DNA from: Selaginella moellendorffii
Lineage: Eukaryota > Plantae > Lycopodiophyta
Reading direction: 5' to 3'
Assembly: GCF_000143415.4 (NCBI RefSeq)
Contig: NW_003314265.1
Span: 1,694,446 to 1,758,445, forward strand
Length of the DNA: 64,000 bases
The position numbers and the translations under genes are program-made. The notes under the pieces were generated by a model. The model was not told where the DNA came from. It saw only the letters and a program-made list of their open reading frames with translations, and made no database searches. Below are positions 57,196-64,000 of the stretch, one piece after another (the first letter of the stretch is position 1; every line of letters starts with the position of its first letter).

Positions 57196-60100
57196 TACTA
57201 AAGTCGTGGGAAAGGTGTTCCTAGAAAAAGCAAACTTTGGTGCAAAGTTGTGTGTGAACACTATGGTGTAGTGCTAACGAATAGTTGGTATGAGAAACGA
57301 CTGGGTAGACCTAGACACAAGTGCAAAGTGTCATAAAGGTAGACTCATAAAGCCGATGGTGTGGAGACACCAAATGTGCCAAGGTGTGATACTTTGAGGT
57401 TATATTGATAGGTTCATGAAAACCCCTTGCCAAGGGAATCCCAATAGAAATGGGAATGGCATAGCCTAAGTTGAAAGGCATGTGGTAGAGTGTGGTGACC
57501 TAGATAATGATGGAGGTGTGAAAGCACCAGTAATGAGTCGTAGGACTTGACAACTATGAGGCAACTAAGCAAGAGGTGCAAGGTAATTAGTTAGATGAGT
57601 AAAAGGTAGCTACCCAAGACTTCTTAATGGCATAAAAAAGTTAGATATACCCTTATTGAGGATAAATTGCTTATGTTGCAATATAATCAGTCAATGTTGT
57701 AAAAGGAAATGCTCATTGTCAAGGAAGCTATCATTGGGACACCTAAACACTCTAGAATACCAGGATTGGTGTTTAGTGTCGTGAAGACAATAGATAAGGC
57801 CCAAGGACTAAGTCCCTAGTGAATGATGGATAGAAAGTGCTATCCAAATGTCCAAGGTTGTACAGACAGGAGAAGACTATTTACCTGAATTGGACAAAGC
57901 TAAAATGGAATTATGGCAATGCTAGTGATGGGCATATAAAAGGCCATAAGTAGCAACGTTAATCCTAGTGTGTGGGATTATAAGTTGAGTATACCCAGAT
58001 TGAGGAACCACTCCCTAGGCTATCGGGTAAGTTCATCCCTAAGAATACTTGTTACGGCATAATAGAAAGTGCAAAACTATCCTCCTAGTCTAAAGAAAAA
58101 TAACCGAAGGAAAGGTGTAAGGCCAAAAGCAACTAGTAAGAGGATAGAACCAAACCATAGGAATTGAATTGCATAACCAAGGGTGGTTATGCCAGTTGGG
58201 AGTGGAGAATCAAGTGGGTGTTCAAGTATGTTGTTACTAGCAACCATGATGCCCTGGAGAGTCTAAAGCATGGAATTGTCCATGTTGGACCATATGGCAA
58301 TTTAAAAGCTTGTGAAAGGAGAGGCCTTAGCAAGCTAAGGGATAGAGAGTTCCTTCAAAGTTTCCCAAAGACACTTCTAGGTAGTTTAGTACCTAGAAAG
58401 CCAAATGTAAATGGTTCATAAAACGCATGAAATTAAAGTGATGTAGCAGAAACATGGCCTTGAAGTTTGCCATAACGCAATACTATCAAGGTTGGGGAGG
58501 TAGTTCCCGAGTGCTCAAAGGGATGGCTTTGAATGAAAGTTGATAGTCAAGGGCTTTCACGCTTGTGCATGAAACCATGTTACGTTAGTCGGATGACTTG
58601 CTAAGTGAGAGTGGCAAGTCATGGGAACAAATACCCTAGTTGAAAGTGCTAACTTCAAAAGGGGTGGCCCATGGGGCTAAGCATGGAGGAGTCCATGCAT
58701 GATCACAAATTTGTCAAGTAGAAGGACTTGGCAGTGTGGAGGAATTAGGTTCCTAAGCTGTGATCTGTAGCGCGCTTTAAGTATAAGTTGGTGCACCGGC
58801 GTGGGGAGTCACGCCAGGCATCTTAGGCGATGTTATCTGTAGATGCATATACAGAGGTTGGGTTCGAGTCCCGACCCTCTAGTGCTTGGGTTCGAGTCCC
58901 AAATCACTAGGGTATGGTGATGGTTTGGAATATGAGGATACTCATTTTTTCGATGGTCATGGACTCTTAGTGAGGAGATTGGTTTGGGCACACCACCAAG
59001 CGAGGGATGCCTCGAAGTCGTGATGCACGGTTAGATTGCTTAGTGCCAAAGCTCAGCATATCTAACTTGAATGCTTTGGTGCAAGTGGCACCAAAGACAT
59101 GGGGACACCTAATCTCAGTTGTTATGGATCCTTGGTCGTAAGGGTTGGCTTGGGTGCACCGCCAAGTGTGGGGGATGCCCCTGGGGTCATGGTCAACAAC
59201 TTGAAGGTCTAGAAGACCAAGTACCTCTTGGCAACTTTGTTAAGGTGCCAAGGTGAGATCACTAGATGATTTTGTGGCTAAATAAGGACAATGTCCCTGG
59301 TTCGCTAAGGAATGAAGTTCCTTGTTTAAGGTGTTGATTTGAACTGTTTAAGATTGTGTGGCTTGGTCAAGATGACCAAGTGGGAAGAGCACCTAAGGGA
59401 AATAAGCTGTATCCATACGATAGCATAGTGAGTCCGAGGAAAGTAGTCTCTATAAGAGACCCATGGGAGGGTCACTAAATTGGGCTATGAATAAAGCCAT
59501 ACCAGGAAATGATAAAGAGACATACTAGGGGTAAACACCTTCTAAATTTGGGAAGCAAAGTCTTTGCTATAGAACCGAAAGGATACCTCGAGAATAGAGG
59601 TAGCAATCCTATGTTGTTAAGTGCAACTATCAAATGATAGGAGCAAAAGACTAATGGCTAAAAAAAAGAGCCATAGGAACCATGGGAAAGAATCCAAAAG
59701 GCAAAGTTAAGCTAAGAACACTAAGGCGTTGAGGGCTAACAAATTGTGGGAAAGGCAAAGTGTTTTCAAGGATGGATTCCCAATTGCTCCGATTTGGTAA
59801 AAGTGGAAGTTCCAAGGGAGGGAACGGTAAGGTAGCCAAATAACAGGGCCATAGATAGCTTTAGCACAAATTATGATAACTGGAACTTAGTGCCCAAAGA
59901 GGCATGAAATAGAAGAGAGGATGATGGTGCCCTCAAGTAGAGAACTTACTAGGATGGGGAAGTGGAGTTGCACAATAAGTGCAATGCAAGGTGTCGGAGA
60001 CACCTAGGAAATTGACTTCAAAAAGTCAATAGTAAAAGTTCTAAAGTGCAAAGGTTATATCGATGGAAATTGAGACTACTCGAGAAAGAGTCATGGCATT

Positions 60101-60323
60101 GAGATAGAGATGGTGTCTCTAACAGGTTTAGCAAGAACTAAACCAATAAAAGAAGAGAACCACTACAAGTGGTCCAATCAGTCTTTAAGTTGAAGAGACT
60201 ATCCTCTTTAGAGGATGGGTAAAGCATGGTGAGCCTTCAGTATCAAACCATTGACGAATATTGGTGAGGTGCCAAGAATGAAAAAGGTAATACATGTTAG
60301 TATTACTTTATAAAATAATTTAT

Positions 60324-61848
60324 ACACATTTGGACTAAAAGCTCTGACTTGAAAGGTTGAGAGCGGGAGTGGAACTCCCAATGAAGTGCTCGAGGAACAA
60401 GCACAAAGTAAGCAATAAGTGAGTCTCTAGAAAAGGGACACAAGAGTAGTTTGAGATGAACCAAGATGGAGTCCAAGATGGACCCGAGATGGAGTCCGAG
60501 ATGGACTCGAGATGGAGTCCGAGATGGAGTTCGAGATGGAATCCGAGATGGAGTCTGAGATGGACCGAGATGGAGTCCGAGATGGACCCGAGATGGAGTT
60601 TGAGATGGACCGAGATGGAGTTTGAGATGGACCCGAGATGGAGTCCGAGATGGACCCAAGATGGAGTCCGAGATAGAATCCGCGATGGAGTCCGAGAAGG
60701 ACCCGAGATGGAGTCCAAAGTCAAGATCGAGACCGAGATCGGGACTGAGACCGAGACCAAGACCGACCCCAAGCCCAAGTCCGAGTCTGAGTCTGAGTCC
60801 GAGTCCGAGTCCGAGTAGGAGTACGAGTCCGAGTCCGAGTTTGAGTCTAAGGGGGTGAAAGTCCAAAGCGTTCGTCTCCTAGACCCTGGGGGGTTTGGTG
60901 AGCTCCAAAAGTATAGTAGGGGGACAACTCTAGTGGAGCCAGTTTGGCCAGGAAATGCTAGTTTGTCCCAGGAAAGCTATACCCAGGTGATTGGTGATGG
61001 GATAACCACTAGGAAGTCCAAAACTAGAGTGAATATGGACCAACAAGTGAGGTAGCTTGGTGAAGTGTTCAAGAGCCGGCTCTAGTTCCCCCAGGAGATC
61101 GAATGGTCGATGCTCCCAGTCCAAGTGTGGGTGGCACTATCTATTGGATACCTGGCATGGCTCAACAGAACCTCGCTCTAAGCCCATGGCTAGAGCACCC
61201 AAAGGTGGATGGCAGGGAGAGTACCCATGAGGCTCGCGTAGGGCCACGGTGTTCCGAAATGTTGTCCCAAAGGCCTAGACTTTGGAAAGGAAGAGGAGTA
61301 GTCCTCTAGTGTAGTGACCAAGGGTACAGTCGGGTGGTGAAGAAGTCCCAGAGGACCGTGGGACTTAGTGATCGGGCATGTGGGCCTCGATTCAGTGGCA
61401 ATGGTGGCGAACATGGCCATGGGCAGAAAGGGACTTGGTGGGGACCGGAAAAGGGTTATTAGGGAAGGCTATTCCCCATGCCTGTGGGCATCCTAAGGAT
61501 GCTAAGGAGTGGATCTGAGATGATCACTCATGGATGGATGGCCCAATCTTTGAGAGACGGGGCTGTGATATAGGTGGTGTCAAACCACTTGTGTGACCAA
61601 GGTGAATGGGTATGGCCTTAGCGTAACGGGCTAATATGTCGGTGGTACCTTAGGGTGTCGGTTATGGGATCGGACATATGGAGCACTTGGACAATGTGCA
61701 ATGGTTGAGTGGCATGGATGCCATTCTTGGGGCTAGCAAGTCCCTAAGTCGAAAATAGGACTTACGGAAGTTGTGAGTGAGACTCCTCCAAGTGGTTAGA
61801 GGTGTGGTTAAGTGACTAAAGTAGAATGGAAAATTTTAGTCGCTTACA
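60324..61848 (+). repeat. 3' LTR of element C, missing the first ~85 bp and the PPT
   Basis: Homology to the 5' LTR begins at acacatttggactaaaagctc (5' LTR ~54704) after an AT-rich filler at 60300-60323. Confidence 0.85.
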
Positions 61849-64000
61849 TTGGCAAAGCCAAGGAAAACTTGAACGTCCGACATTGATTGTGGAGGCTCCT
61901 ATTCGAGAATAGTCTTGACTTTGGCAGGATCCATCGTGATACCCTCAAGAGTGACAATGTATCCAAGGAATTCCACAGACTCCTGATCGAAGGAACATTT
62001 CTCAAACTTCACGTATAGGCCGTGTTCTCGCAGCTTCGCCAATACCTTACACACATGCTCATCATGCTCCTCCTGAGTTTTTGAGTAGATAAGGATGTCG
62101 TCGAGGTAGATGATCACCATCTGATCAAGAAACTCCTGAAAGACGTCGTTCGCCATGTGTTGGAAAATTGCTGGAGCATTTATCAAGCCAAATGGCATGA
62201 CAGTATACTCGAAGTGGCCATAGCGAGTTCAGAACACAGTCTTCCATTCATCGCCAGGCCGGATCTGGATCAGGTTGTATGCTCCACGGAGGTCGATCTT
62301 GGTGAAGAAGAAAGCACCACCAAGGCGTTCCAATAGGTCCGAGATTAGGGGCAGTGGATAACGGTTCCGAATAGTCATCTTGTTCAAACCTCGGTAGTTG
62401 ATGACTAGCTGCAAACTCCCATCCTTCTTAATAAAGAAGACAGACGCTCCAACCAGGGACTACAAATGTTGAATGTACCCCAAGACAAGGTTCTCATCCA
62501 CGTACTCTTTGAGGGCCTTAAGCTCGGACGGGGATAACCCGTAGGTAGACCCCCACAGAGGTGATGCTCCTTCCTGTAAATCATTGGGACAGTTATAAGG
62601 CTAATGAATAGGCAGTACACTAGCTTTTTTCTTGTCAAGAACATCCCCAAAATCATGATACTTCTTAGGAAGACTGACAAGAGAAACATGCAAAGCAAAA
62701 AGGAAAATAAATTCTTCATGAAGGAGTTCTTTCATAGTGATTGTGGAGATAGGAGGAGGTGTACGACTAAATGGAATGATGAGATGAGGATACTGTCTAG
62801 TGTAAGATGGAAGAGAGGGAAAAGAAGAGCGTGAAACTTCGTAGAGTCAGGAACAGAACCCCAATTTGAGTTTAGGGAACTTTTCCTGATTCGAACTCGA
62901 TGAACAGCAAGGGAAGTTGTGGGAGATGGTGACGTGGGAGAGACGAGCTATAATTCCTTCCAACAGATCTGAGGCTGGTGTAATTGGAACCAAGGAAGGC
63001 CGAGCACTACAGAGGAGGATCCGTATGGTAGGAGAAAGAGGAACGTGATGTCGGGCAGCAAAGTCCGTGTCCATGAAGCCGTAAGTTGCACCCAAGTTCA
63101 GTAGTGCCAGAGCCTTGAGTCCTGATTGTCCAGTGAAAGAAAGGAAACATGGGATGCGAAAGTTGCGGGAATTGGTGGTGGCTTTGATGAAAGGTGGTGA
63201 AGAGCTTCAGGGAATTCAATAAAGAAGAAAAGTGATTTTTATTCGGGGAGTCCAAACAGATAGTTCCTACTCTGTTTGGACAGGGTCGTTTCCTAACTGC
63301 AACAGAGGTGGACCTTGAGGCAGAGTGAACTCGAGCAGTTGGGGAGGCTTCTTGGGACACACAGCTGCTTTGTGATTAGGATCAGCACAGTAGAGGCAAA
63401 GATTATGAGATATTCAACGTTGCTTCTCAGCAGGACTCAACTTCCCTCTGATGAGTCGAGGAGTACCAGAAATATCCATTAGGACCGGAGTAGTAGGTTC
63501 AGGAGTATGCCCCGAAGACTCAAGCTAGGATTCCTGAGTCTGGGACAGAAAAACGGCAGTGCGGCGACTTTCCTAACGACATTCAAAGAGACGATTGTCG
63601 CATCGAACAGCTTTGTTGATGGCGTCCGATAGGTCCATGGGATCCTCCATGGTGAGTAACAAATCCTTGACACCGTTGTTGAGGCTGAAACGAAATTGAT
63701 CAATCAGGGCCTGCTCATCCCACTAAGTGTCCAAGGCAAAAAGTTGGAACTCTGCAGCATAGATCGAGGTGGGACGAGACCCCTAAGAGAGACATCTCAT
63801 CGTTGTGGTGGTAGCACAAACCCGATCCATCTCACCAAAACATGTTTCGAGCTTCTCTTTGAACAACTGAAGATCCACTAGCTCCAGAACCACAACCCCT
63901 TTCATGCTCTTCTCCAAGAGAGGAGAAAACCATGACAAGTTGCACCTTCGAGCAACGTCCCAATCACGCCGATTTGAGACTCGAGAGTGGGGTACCGCTG

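Larger units (their letters stand above)
54619..61848 (+). mobile_element. non-autonomous (LARD-like) LTR retroelement C nested in element B; 5-bp TSD CTGGC/TTGGC
   Basis: TG start at 54619, CA end at 61848. Removing it plus one TSD restores FLGFAN-FYRNFI of element B. Met-tRNA-type PBS TGGTATCGG at 56262. The internal 4 kb has no long ORF. Confidence 0.88.
52030..64000 (-). mobile_element. chromoviral Ty3/gypsy retrotransposon B (gag-PR-RT at 61849-64000, RNaseH-IN-chromodomain at 52570-54618), split by element C
   Basis: gag knuckle LCLYC..H (~63380), [25 protein letters not shown] / MPFGLINAP / YLDDILIYS, integrase HDSPTVGH..C..C, DFLSDLP, SDRGPQF, HPQTDGQSE, chromodomain EYEVQNILDSK..YYLVD*KGY..TWEP. 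Confidence 0.93.

Noticed and set aside
58856-58910. GGTTCGAGTCCC motifs as tRNA genes
   Set aside because: No acceptor stem, D-arm/A-box or anticodon arm; reported only as isolated T-loop hairpins.

Overview
Gene-dense eukaryotic plant nuclear DNA. The 43-70 nt introns, intronless PLS-class PPR genes and intergenic gaps under 150 bp suggest a Selaginella-like lycophyte (inference). 1-48.7 kb holds mostly spliced genes: RH17/DBP7 DEAD-box helicase (5'-partial), a Crinkler/RHS-type NTPase+REase gene, three PPR genes, an RLCK-VI kinase, RPL27, a fasciclin-like AGP, GID4, a RELCH/KIAA1468 homologue with an AT-AC intron, tRNA-Lys(UUU), a Sfi1-repeat/Kelch protein, aminopeptidase P and FtsH12. Two decayed zones interrupt these genes. 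4.6-12.4 kb contains a rearranged helicase copy, a SAC3B pseudogene, a repeat and a second, broken Crinkler-like gene. 35.7-41.9 kb contains an ARF pseudogene, the same repeat inverted and an orphan ORF. 49-64 kb is three nested LTR retroelements. The most notable observations are an intact intron-containing Crinkler-like NTPase-nuclease gene, a protein fusing 33-aa Sfi1-like repeats to a Kelch propeller, a circularly permuted helicase duplicate later cut by a precisely mapped inversion, and a hairpin cluster (GGAG tetraloops, two T-loop hairpins) in a non-autonomous LTR element. All family calls come from motif recognition by eye; no searches were run.
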